Assembly (NCBI RefSeq): GCF_011386835.1
Contig: NC_088801.1
Location: forward strand, 24,614,001-24,678,000
Length of the DNA: 64,000 nucleotides
Reading direction: 5' to 3'
DNA from: Chrysemys picta bellii
Taxonomy: Eukaryota
Below the pieces are notes generated by a model. The model made no database searches, was not told where the DNA came from, and saw only the letters and a program-made list of their open reading frames with translations. A program made the position numbers and the translations under genes. Shown here in pieces: positions 1 through 10,690 of the stretch (position 1 is its first letter; each line of letters begins with the position of its first letter).

Positions 1-262
1 GTATTTCATAACTCACAATAAAAACACAACACTGCAAAACTGCAAAGCATGAGATATGCTCTAGTAGCTTCCTGCAATGCACAAAAATTAACTCAAATCC
101 CAAGATCCACCCTCAGGAGCTTAATTGCTTCAAAGAATAGAAACCTTGTCAAACTCACTCCAAACAAATATAATCAGTAGCTTTCAAAGCTTGTTTGACA
201 TTGAGAAAGCATAGAAAACAACATAGAAACCAAAGAAACACACATCGATGGTCTGTCAAAAT

Positions 263-410
263 NNNNNNNNNNNNNNNNNNNNNNNNNNNNNNNNNNNNNN
301 NNNNNNNNNNNNNNNNNNNNNNNNNNNNNNNNNNNNNNNNNNNNNNNNNNNNNNNNNNNNNNNNNNNNNNNNNNNNNNNNNNNNNNNNNNNNNNNNNNNN
401 NNNNNNNNNN
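263..410. other. Assembly gap (148 N)
   Basis: Run of N in the sequence. Confidence 0.99.
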
Positions 411-1283
411 TGACAAGAATGACAATGGTCCCAAGATGCACCATTATCTATGACCAGCAAGCAGACATCAAATGCTACTGAGCTGTCTCTGTCAGAATAG
501 AAAATGCTGCTCAAAATATACAGGGCTTGTTACATTTTGTTCAGCTAAGGTTTGTCAAAAGCCAGGGTCACTGTGTGTGTGCATTGCCCTGAAGGAGAAT
601 TTTAAAAGGAGAAGAGATGCACTTGATTCTTCAGTGTTTCTCGTGGAAGGAGACTTCAAGACTGTGGATGACCCAAATGTTTTGAAAAAATCAAAGACAG
701 ACTCAAATAAATAAATAAAACAAAGCTAATGTACACTCACTAGGGCCATGCTATTAGTCTGCAAACCACTTTTGAAAATAAACAGGTTTGGGAACTATTC
801 CCATAGTTAGATTTATTTCTAATAAAAATGCAGTTGCATTCTAATACATAGGGGTGGATGCTACCGTAAAGGTATGACTCAAACTGTAGTGCATAAATGT
901 GCCCTCTTCCAGCATCTGTACCGTAGCATGCAGCTCACTGTAGTACAAAATATTTATATTGGTGAGAAATGCCACTAATTTGCTATGCTTTGATAAAAGA
1001 GTAAGGTTTTATATACAAAGTCCAGCCTCAGAAATGTTTGAGTAAACTTTGTTTTTGGTGAACATCTGCTAAGCACACGCTAAGAAATGAGAGGTCCAAG
1101 GGTGTTTCTTCCATTGAGTCAGAAGTCTCTCTTTAAAAGAATTGGTCTTAAAAAGAAAAAAAAAGTGAGGGTGAAAAGAATATTCTGAGAGATGAAAGGG
1201 ATTATTTATGTCAAACGGCATTATGGGGTTGGTTTGTTTTTCCTTGAGTGTTTGTCATTTATTTTTGTTTCCCTCTGCAACAG

Positions 1284-1313
1284 GGTCTGCCCCCTCCTAT
1301 GCATCTCCTCATG
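1284..1313 (+). CDS. Candidate 30-nt frame-preserving small exon of an unidentified gene (phase 1 GSAPSYASPH; phase 0 GLPPPMHLLM)
   Basis: Pyrimidine-rich acceptor tttgtttccctctgcaacAG, 30 nt open in all three phases, donor ATG|GTAAAG. Gene identity not recognised. Confidence 0.5.
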
Positions 1314-2249
1314 GTAAAGGGTGGCTCGGCCTCCATTTTCCATCTTCAAGACTCCTTAATAAACTCTACAGAGGCTTCTCTACATGCAAACACCCTCCTT
1401 AGGGTCTGGTCAATTAATATAAAAGTTCAGAACAAAATTCAAAGTCCCCAAATAACATCCACAAAGTCCAAGTTAATTCCCTGTTTTTGGCACGCCACTC
1501 CCGGCCCTACCTGGCTAGAGTCTTGTTCCCCTTGTTTCCCAAACTCTCCTGTAGTCTTCTGTTTTCTACAACCTGCAGGAGCCCTCAGTTCTAATTTTCA
1601 GCAGCTCTCCCCTAGCCATTGTCCCTCTCTTCTCTGCAGCTTCCTACTGCTCTTTGTAAGAGAATAGCTCCTCCATACTTAAGTGTGTCCACTTAGTCAC
1701 CAGGGATGGGTGGGCCCAGGCCCTCTAGTCCTTAAAGTAGTACGCCTCTGTGTTCCACCCTCCTTTTCTCATCATCAGATTAGTAATTATAATTAAATGC
1801 CATTGGAACGTCTTCTCCTGCATTAATACACACATGAGTTCATCAATTCAAAGCCCTTGTGTGGCCAGCACAGAGGGAGAGGGCTTCTTGCCCCTTTACC
1901 TACCTGATGGCTGATTTAGCAGACATGTCTCTTGTTGTGCTTCACAGCATCAGGCCAGTTCACTTCAATCTCCAACTACTCAGAACCATTTTCCTACTTA
2001 GCTTTGGCTGTTCATAATTGCAGCTTGTGTGTCTATCAGTTTTGCTTTTGGGAATTTTATTAAGACCCTTGTATTTTCTTTTCCACCTCCTTGTTTCCAT
2101 CACTTTCTTTTTCTGTGGACTGGCACATAGTGTATAGTTTATATGAAGAGAGAGTGATCCTAAGACCATCCCTATGTCAGAAGGCCAGAGGCTCCCTAAT
2201 GTGTAGCAGTGAGTTTCAGCTGGCCTGACCAGCTCAGTGTACCCCAGCT

Positions 2250-3250
2250 CATTAATGTTATAATGTATATCTGAAAGGTGTCACCGGAAAGCTAATAACA
2301 TACTGGTCATTAATATCACTGTGAAATGTTTGTAACACTGTAGATAAAATTATGGATATTCTCTGATATTATGTTTTAGAGACTAAACAGACAAAGTAAA
2401 CAAAACAGTTTTTCCCCCAACAAAGGGGAAGGCAAACACCTCCAGCTCACTGGCAAACCGTATCAGGTGTGACCGGTGACAATGGATTATTCAGTTGTAT
2501 TGGAGGTTGCAGGAAGACCCCCTGGGAAACACAGCAAGCTGAGCGAAGCTGAGCCCTCAGGAATATTCCTGACTTGTAACACAAAGACAATCCCTTTGAG
2601 GATATAAAAGAACACAGAGAGACTCCATCTTTATCCTTCACCTCAGGAGATAAAAGAACCAAGAGATTGGATCTGAGTGATGGAGCCCGGCCAGGCTGGC
2701 AAGTAAAAGGAGACTGTGGGTGAAAAAAAAAAAAAAAAAACATCCTGAACAAAGACTGTATCTTGATAGATTAAATTTTCATCTGTTTTTATGTGTGTTT
2801 TTAATTTTATTTGATTGTTACCATTTTTACCTGTATCCCTGCCACTTGGTATCATCTAACCTAAGTCCTGTTGTTAATCAGCTTATTTTATTTTTTACTA
2901 TAAACCAACTCCGTGCTGTGCTTAAAGAGAAGGATGTATTTACCACCGTTAAATTAATAAGCTGTAATGTAGACTCTTTAAAAAAACGTTGAACTTAATA
3001 TCTTCTTTGAATGAACAGTGATAGGAGCTGTGCATTGCAGAGAAACATCTCTGAGGAGCTCGGGGTTGGAGTTTACTGATTGCTACCAGCTAGGAAAGGT
3101 TTGGGCTGGCAGAGCTTGAGGAGCTTGCTGGTGAGGCAAACAGACTGGTGTGGCAGAAAGCTGACACATAGCAAGAGTGAGGTTTGCTGGAGATTAGACT
3201 GAGGTAGAGAGGAGGCTCCCAGCTCTGGGGATCCCCAGCAGCATGTTACA
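2250..3250 (+). mobile_element. Long LTR-like element (ERV-type solo LTR or fragment)
   Basis: Homologous in-window to 40945-41345 (gaaagctaataacatactggtcattaatatcactgtgaaatg vs gaaaaccaataactcactgatcattaatattcttgtgtgatg). TATA-like gatataaaag near 2600. Ends in TGTTACA at 3244-3250. Boundaries approximate, no TSD found. Confidence 0.5.
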
Positions 3251-3593
3251 GAGGGGTTTTATTTTGTTATATTGTATTCATTATGACATTTCCTACAAAT
3301 ATCAATCATTGTTATTTTGTTCAACAAATATACAAGAAAAAGAAAGCAGGAATAAGCTGTTCTGCAGTAAATTCCATGTTTTGGGCTGGAATCTTCACTC
3401 TGTTAGAACAGCTTTGCACTGGTCTCCTTGCCCAAAGCTGCCTTAAACCTAGCAGATCTGGCTAGTGGCTTCAGAGGAATATTTGTAGTCAGTGTATGAT
3501 TTAAATCTGCCTTCGGGGGGCTCTAAATCTGCACCAAGAGACCAACCACATCCTAAGATGGATGAGGACTGGTAGTAAGGGAGGGCACAAATA

Positions 3594-3838
3594 CAGTGGA
3601 ACTCCATTTATCCAATCTAAGTGGGATGGGGCCAGATCAGATAATCAAAAATTCCGATCATCAGGAGAATGGGCAAAGGGCTTTCTATCCCAAGATGCAG
3701 GGGAGAGGAGGGCTCTGGCTGTCGGCCCCGGGAGGCTGAGGCTTGGATGTCGAGCAGCTGGGGCTCAAGCTATTGGGAGTTGGTTTGGTTAATATGGAGA
3801 GCCAGATAATGGAGGCTCATATAAATGGGGTTCTACTG
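3594..3838. mobile_element. Tc1/mariner (Tigger-like) MITE
   Basis: TIRs CAGTGGAACTCCATTTAT / ATAAATGGGGTTCTACTG (16/18 match). TA on the left flank, AA on the right. Confidence 0.75.
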
Positions 3839-5686
3839 AATGTGAATCTGGACAAAACGTAGGTGTTCAAGATTACCCAATTTGTTCTTTTAGGACTCAA
3901 ACCAGAATATACATTCCATCAATACAAAACGGTTAGCAAAGCTTTTTTATAAAATCCCGTTTAACAAATAAGCTCTGTTCTAGTCACCATCATAGTGCAT
4001 TTCTTACATCAAAATATAATTAGCCTTCCATCCTGTTTTCACAGAACTTCACTTTTTTTTAGTCTCGAATTATATAGAAAAAGTAGCATCAAGGTCTTAT
4101 AATTATTATGCGTCCTCAGGGGTGAACAAAATAAACTACCTAGGGCTAACAGATGCACATCACACTAATGTTACAATCTACCTCTGCACTCCAAAAATAT
4201 GCTGAAATCTGAACAAAGAAACACATCTGGTTTGTTGCCATCAAAAAAATACTAGGCAATGCTGATACTGTCATATTTTTGTATCTCTATCACCTTAACT
4301 ATATTAATGTCTGTAATGGAATGATTTAAATTAGCAACAACTGGGTTGATAGAAAGATAGATGCTGAGCCAATGAGTGTGATTGCAGATGTTTAAGAATA
4401 AATGTGAAAGGAAAGGAGTGGGCATTTAAAAAAAAGTGTATTGATTTAGTGTGACTGATGTGAATGAGTTAAATGATGGACTATGAAGTGTGAATTCAAA
4501 TTTACTGTGAATGGAATTTACTATGAGTGGAACAAAGTATGCATGACCATGACTGAGTGTGACTAGGTATCATTAGGAAGAACTGAGCGAATATGAGTGG
4601 ATAGCACTGATTATCTCCCCTGTAATCTATAAATAAACAGTATTGCAGGAAGTTTTGAAAAATGTATTTAATAAGGGATTTCCAATGCCTGAATAAACTT
4701 GCTGAGGCCAGATAGCAAGATCTAAAGGAAAATGTATCATTTTACTCAGAGTTTTGTCATGTAATAATATGTGAGCTCATATCTGACAGGAACAAAATGT
4801 GCCTAAATGTAGAGCAAAATGCTCTCTTTTTTATTTTAAATGGCTTTTCAATTACCAAGCAACATACTTGCAAACATATGAGGTGTCAATTACCTGCTTT
4901 CATATATATACTTGGGTAGTTTAATAGCATACATGTTAATTTTCAACCCACAGATATATTTAGGAACCGAGACTACCTTCTGTAGCTCTGTATAATGTAA
5001 TAAAATTCTGTGTAATGTCAAAATAGCTATATAATACATCTTTAGCTCCACAGAACTGAACATCCTGTTGACTTCAATGGGAGTGGAGGGTCTTCAGTAC
5101 CTCACAGTATCAGACCTTACGTAAGAATTCACTTCTACACTTTGTTATTCTGATAATCCTTACTCTACAAATAGTCCCATTTATTTCAATGGAATAATGT
5201 ATTAATCAGCATAATGGTATCAGACTCTGTCCCTATGGAGCTATACGGAGAAAAATGGGTGCTAAGGACCTGATCCTGACTAACTTAAAATCAATGGCAG
5301 GCTGAAATGCTGACCCCATTGCTGTCTATAAGAATGTCTGCAACTGACTTTTAACTGGGCCTGGATATCATCCACGTTCTCTTAACTGGTCCAGGATCTG
5401 TCCCTTAAAGGTAACTCCTAGTAATACATCGTCTTTTCTCATTACCTGGTCCACTGTTTATTCTTTACTCCTAATCTATTTTAAGGATTTTTTTCTCTTT
5501 CCAATCCTCATGTGCATCCTTAACCAAACACATGGTCCTCATAACCTATATTTAGGGCTTCTAAATTTTTGGTTTTAATCAATAAACACCGATAAAACAT
5601 CCCCCATCAAATGAGGTCAATCTGAATTAGTGATGGATCTAAACCAAAACCCTCTACCCTGTGAAATTTGAATTCACAGACACTTT

Positions 5687-5774
5687 GGGCCAGCTGTTTA
5701 GTGAAGGTAAGTCAGCATTCTGCCATTGACTTCAGTGTAGCTGTGCAGATTTACAATAGATGAGGATCTGGCCC
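5687..5774. mobile_element. Short palindromic MITE-like element (GGGCCAG...CTGGCCC, central CCATTGACTTCA motif); one of many copies
   Basis: Terminal inverted GGGCCAG/CTGGCCC. The central motif recurs near 5065, 5176, 14470, 43575, 53120 and 63013. Confidence 0.6.
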
Positions 5775-5843
5775 AGAGAGTTGTCATTAACTTCTCCTTC
5801 TGGAAAGGAGGAAATAGTATTTTCCATACCCTTCACCCACTCA

Positions 5844-6330
5844 GGGTGATTTCTGGCTCAGATGATTGGTAACGAGATATAGATATTCACCTCTAGCTAA
5901 CTGGTTCATATAATCTAGCCTAGCACAGCAAGTACCATAAACTGTCACCATCCAATTATTCCTTGACGCCCTCTGCAAATGAATTGGTGATCTTTGTTCA
6001 GTTCCTACTGGATATCTGTTCACATCATGAAGCTTCTTCCACATTTGGCACTAATTTTCAGGCTCAGTAGCAGAGGTGGTTGGAAAATTTCCATAGAAAA
6101 CTATTCAAAGAAAAATTTTATATATATATATCTTGAAAATGGTCTGACCTCCCCACCGCTGACAAGCTCTACTTATCACTGAGGTCATGGGCTGAATCAT
6201 CAAGGAGACTGAACTACCACCAAATCTGTCCCCCAAGACCGATCTGAAGCACACTGGCAGGGCAGACTGGTGAAGATTACACTGCTAATGCCAATGCTGT
6301 ACATGTTCTGTGCAAAATGGAGGACTGAAT
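5844..6330 (+). mobile_element. LF-SINE relic, near full length, interrupted at about 6068-6180
   Basis: Matches recalled LF-SINE consensus blocks: ctggctcagatgattggtaa...ttcacctctag, cagttcctactgga, ttggcactaatt, ggagactgaactacc, gctgtacatgttctgtg. Homologous in-window to 19897-20266. Confidence 0.75.
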
Positions 6331-6664
6331 TTTTGTGGCTAGCAGCCCATGCTTTTCATCAGAATACAATTCACTCATTGGCAAAAGAAAGCTTTTCATG
6401 TGTAAGTACAGAAGAGCAGAGTAAGCAGGTTCAAAATGTTTCTACATAGTGTTGTAATGTACCATAGATCTGGGGGTGAGATTATTAAGAGTTTTTATTC
6501 ATATTCCTTATACCATACATGCTCGGCTGTATATAATAACTTTCCTTGTCTACTTATGTTGTCATAGAAGATTTGTAATATATAAGAATCAGCAATTCTG
6601 ACACCTGGCACAACAGAACTAGAAAATGATGTGGAAAAATCATTTGACAAATATTTTAGCTACT

Positions 6665-6903
6665 TATATGGCCCCATTTACCATAGTATCCAAGCACCAT
6701 AACCATCAATATATTTATCCTCAGAACACCCCTGTGAAGGAGAGGAATGCTATTATCCCCATTTTCCAGATGAGCAACTGAGATAAAGGGATACTAAGTG
6801 CTTTGCCCAAAGTCACATAAGAAGTCTGTGATTGAACAGGGACTTGAACTCAGCACTCCTGTCATAGACGCATGCCCTAACTACTGGACCATCCTTCCTC
6901 TCT
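6665..6903 (-). mobile_element. MIR-like CORE-SINE
   Basis: Reverse complement shows a tRNA-like head (ggtccagtagttagggca...gagttcaagtccc) and the CORE block (gtgactttgggcaaag...ctcagttgctcatctggaaaatggggataatag). Confidence 0.8.
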
Positions 6904-7168
6904 AAGAGTCGGTCCACCAGTTTCAGAGTAGAAAACCATGGTGAATTTTTCAGACCTCTTCCATCTAGAATAAAGTGTTTGATTCCTGATTTTCTGCAGG
7001 GTTTATTAAAAGATGTTAAAGATTTGTTGATTCCAAGATTCTATCTTTAGCACCAGGAAAGCTGGAACTCTGAATGGGCAATTAACACCCAATATGCTTA
7101 AACATCTTCCCAACTATGTCCCCTGAATGTTAAAAGACAATGAACTATTTCTGCTGATGTTATGCTTT

Positions 7169-7192
7169 TCTCTCTCTCTCTCTCTCTCTCTC
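7169..7192. repeat. (TC)12 microsatellite
   Basis: Read directly from the sequence. Confidence 0.95.
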
Positions 7193-7213
7193 TGCCTATC
7201 CTGGATTTTACAG

Positions 7214-7239
7214 ACCAGCTTGATCTGGTATTCATTTGA
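7214..7239 (+). CDS. Candidate terminal coding exon segment (phase 1: DQLDLVFI-stop)
   Basis: Acceptor ttttacAG at 7213 behind a long pyrimidine tract. Splicing from 1313 in phase 1 gives ...GSAPSYASPH-DQLDLVFI*. Followed by about 850 nt without recognisable TEs, ending at tandem AATAAA. Confidence 0.4.
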
Positions 7240-8073
7240 ATTACATGTCATATTGAGGAAGGATGTAGTTTCCAATTCACAGCAAGACAGACAGCAAGGA
7301 TGCTATATTAAAAGAAGAGTTATAGGCCATTTTTAACAGCCAAACATAATATGACACTCTTAAGTAGTGGTATTGCCTCAGTAAAATCAGGTTGTCTGTT
7401 CACCTTACATTATAATACAAATTCTTAACATAGCTTTAGGTTATCCAGCTTTATTTAGCTGCCGACAGAAGGACTTTTACTATTGTGGATCAAGGCAACT
7501 GCCTCCAGAATTGATCTCATTAGCAAAGTTTCCATAGGAAAGAAGATTAGAGAAAGCAACTGATTTTCTTGACTTGTACTGGTATTTCAATGGCAGTGAT
7601 GCAGTTTCATCCTCCTCCAAGGCATTGGTTTCAGTTCACATTTTTAACTATTGCTAAGCCCTCCAGTAATGCTGAAGACAATCAAGGATAAGTGACCATT
7701 CTCTTCCATGATAAACTAAATGTCCAAAATAGTCAACTCCAGGCTCTTGGTGTATTTCATGCTTTGTTATAATGCAAATTCAATATAAAGCATATTTAAT
7801 GGCTATATTCTACATCCAAAGGCACTCTGCATGGCTCCTAAGTCAACAGAGCCCAGTATGTGCATCTGAAGGCAAAACTGGCACTTGGAGTTCAAAATAT
7901 GTTCACAGTTGGCCTAAATTCTTCTATCCCTTATATATTTTGTTGGATGTTTTAGTCTGGTGTATAGCTTGGAAAGTACATTGTGCATTTTTAAACATTT
8001 AACCATTTTTTGTGATTTAAATATTAGTAAATGCACCTAGATCTTTCCGGGATAAGCCCTTTAATGAAATCTA

Positions 8074-8083
8074 AATAAATAAA
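8074..8083 (+). promoter_or_regulatory. Overlapping tandem AATAAA, candidate polyadenylation signal
   Basis: ctaaataaataaatg. AATAAA is common in AT-rich DNA, so this depends on the exon model. Confidence 0.3.
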
Positions 8084-9371
8084 TGAGTTATAGCTGATCA
8101 GTGCTGGCTATGATTTTCCTGTCCCTCTCTTGCCCAAACATGGCAGGAACACCATTTTTATCACACTGTGCATGGTGGACAAGTTGCAGAGAGGCTGGAA
8201 CGGTAAGCTCAGTGGTTCCTGTGCATTGTGAAACAGTGCTTTTCAGGAGCTCTGTACAGAATCTGCAATAGCATGGGGATGTGGCATACCAGGGGAGGAG
8301 CTAGAGTGGGGATTGTGAGGGTCCACTAATCAAAATTCCTTAGGCAGGGAGAGAGCAGGAGAAGCAGTGATTACTACTACACATGGGCTTGAGTGCTAGC
8401 TGCAGAGCAGTAGTGATGAGGCTCTGTGGCTGCTGCAGAGGTCATCTGTGCAAATCCCATTTACTCAGGCTTTATGCAAGGATACAAGATTTGGAGAGTA
8501 GTTATTATGTTATCTCCAGATTACAACTTACATTGCTACAGAAATCACATCTGTAGTTTGATCTGTCAACCCCCAGAAAAAGTTAGGAAGTCACTCTTCC
8601 TGTTATCCTATTTATGTACATTATATAACTGTGACTATTCTCTCTAAGGCTTCTCTGGGAAACTTTCCACCATTCTCTCTCTGTTAGGTCTCAAAGTTAT
8701 CAGAGTCAGAGTTCATTTATACTACAGACTGTTGGTTAGACAACATCCTCAGGGTTATGAACTATAGTATGGCAGAACAGAAACATAATTTTCTGCCTTC
8801 TGTACTCTAATTCATTTAATTGGGGATTTTCTTGAATGTTTTTTCTCTGTGTCCTGTCATGTTTAGAGGTCTCTACACAAAATACCTCTCTATTCCAGAA
8901 AGACAAAAAGAAAGTTTTGCTAGAAGTGTAGATTATTTGCTCCCTCTTTCTCATTTCTAATTTATCACATCACTGATAGAATGTACCATGTCATTTATCT
9001 GTATTCTGTCTCATAATGCATTCTTCCCTAGAAGAAATACATATATAACATACATTTACAAACAATTAAAAGTCAAGTCTATATTTTTGATGTTTTAGAT
9101 CAGCATGAAGAACCTGAAAAGGTTTTGACCAGAGGTGTTAGAAGAAGCAGAGTAAGTGAAGGAGTTCTAGTTATGGAATAACTTATGACAACAAGCTCAT
9201 GATCCTGCAAATATTTTGTACAACAGGCAGAGCTCAAATTGTGGTGGAACTGGTAGGATTGAACTTCCTTATTTTTTTAAATAAATGAAAAGGAACAAAA
9301 TTATTATATTAGTCCTTGGTATTGCAGGAATGTCTGAATGCTCTAACTAAAACTGCCACCCCATTGTGCTA

Positions 9372-9620
9372 GGTTCTCTGCATATATAGTGTAAGAGAAT
9401 CTCTGCTCCAAAAAGTTTGCTGTCTAAATAGAAACAACAGACAAAGGGTGAGAGAAAGGATGTATTATTATGCCCATTTTATAGAGGCACATATAGATTT
9501 AGTGACCTATCTAAGAACACATAGGAAATGTCTGGTCGTGTGGAATTGAACCGAAAGCTCCTGAGTTCCAGTTTGTGCATATATAGTTTTATTCTTAAGG
9601 CTGCCCAGCGCCTTAACCAA
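9372..9620 (-). mobile_element. MIR-like SINE with L2-type tail
   Basis: attatgcccattttatagaggc...atttagtgacctatctaagaacaca CORE block plus tail ctctgctccaaaaagtttgctgtctaaatag. Confidence 0.65.
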
Positions 9621-10099
9621 AATTATCCTCTCAGATGTATATCGTAAATTTCAACTCTAATGTAATGCTCATGCAACCACACAGTTTTATCTTTAGTTTA
9701 ATATATAAGGAAGAGAGGAGGAAAGGAGAATTTTTAGGACTAAATGTGTACTGTTCAAACCCTAACTGTATAAAGAGAGTTCTTCTTTCCTTCTGGTGTC
9801 ATTACACACATTAAAAATGGAATAAATCAAGAATTAAGGATAAACTTCCATACGTGTATGGATGTCTAATCTGTGCACTTCCAAACAACCATAACTGTGC
9901 CCTATAATGATGTCACGCGATAACCATGCAATTATGATTAGTGCATAACAATGTTTGTACTTTTAATTGGAATAAAGAAATTTTAAAGAATATTACATTT
10001 CTCCTCCCCTCCCCCCTGGTGTCAGTACAATCACAAGAATGGTTCCTGAAACAATCAGATTTTACATTTGGGCACTTATCTTATGGCACTCACAGCCAT

Positions 10100-10690
10100 A
10101 GTGTCTGAGTGAAAAAGTTCCTAGGATGCCGCAAGACTGACCATTTTGCATTGGCACACAACCACAAAACACTGACCTATGCCATCATGGAACATGACCA
10201 AAAAGCAACTGTAGTTAGTGCACTATCCCTGACATCATCTCCCCCGAAAACTTTACTCACTCACGTGCTACAAAAAAGAAAAAGAGACGAGGCAAGAATT
10301 ATCCTAGTCACCCTACATTGGCCAAGCAGAGGCCAGGGGAACCTAAATCCCTCACCCAGGGAGAAGTCTAGCACCAGCAACTACAGATCCTGAACCTAGC
10401 AGTCTGGCTGCTAAGTGGAAGACACAGATGAGGAAAGCCTTCACATTGAAAATGAGAATCCGCTGATGGGATGCAAATGTCTCACTACTTCTGAATGATA
10501 TTCTAAAAGCTGGAGTAAATTCAGACATTCGTGCAGAAATAAACTGATGATCCCAAGACTGCTGGCATCCTCTAATTCCTCCAGGATGGTCTCTCCAAGG
10601 TGCTGGCTGCATCCACTTCAAAAGGAAAGGCATCAGCTGTAAACTCCACACTTCCAGTGTCTTCAAACAGTCAACCACCCAAGCCTTATT
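10100..10690 (+). mobile_element. Degenerate DIRS-like tyrosine-recombinase retrotransposon fragment (methyltransferase-like region into YR ORF start)
   Basis: Translation PPKTLLTHVLQKRKRDEARIILVTLHWPS followed, in another frame, by HQQLQILNLAVWLLSG. This resembles the DIRS1 motifs FPPxPLLxxVLxKIxxDxARVILIAPxWP and HPNLxxLHLTAW (recalled). Confidence 0.7.

Noticed and set aside
155-514. ORF-track entries spanning N runs (also 30775-31066 and 45532-45859)
   Set aside because: They stay open only because N codons cannot be stops.
1390-1750. Possible LTR fragment (also 27700-28440)
   Set aside because: Composition is LTR-like, but I found no termini pair, TSD or in-window homolog.
8860-8960. 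Acceptor followed by EVSTQNTSLFQKDKKKVLLEV* in phase 1
   Set aside because: Only splice-like sequence, downstream of the proposed poly(A) site. Such matches are frequent by chance.
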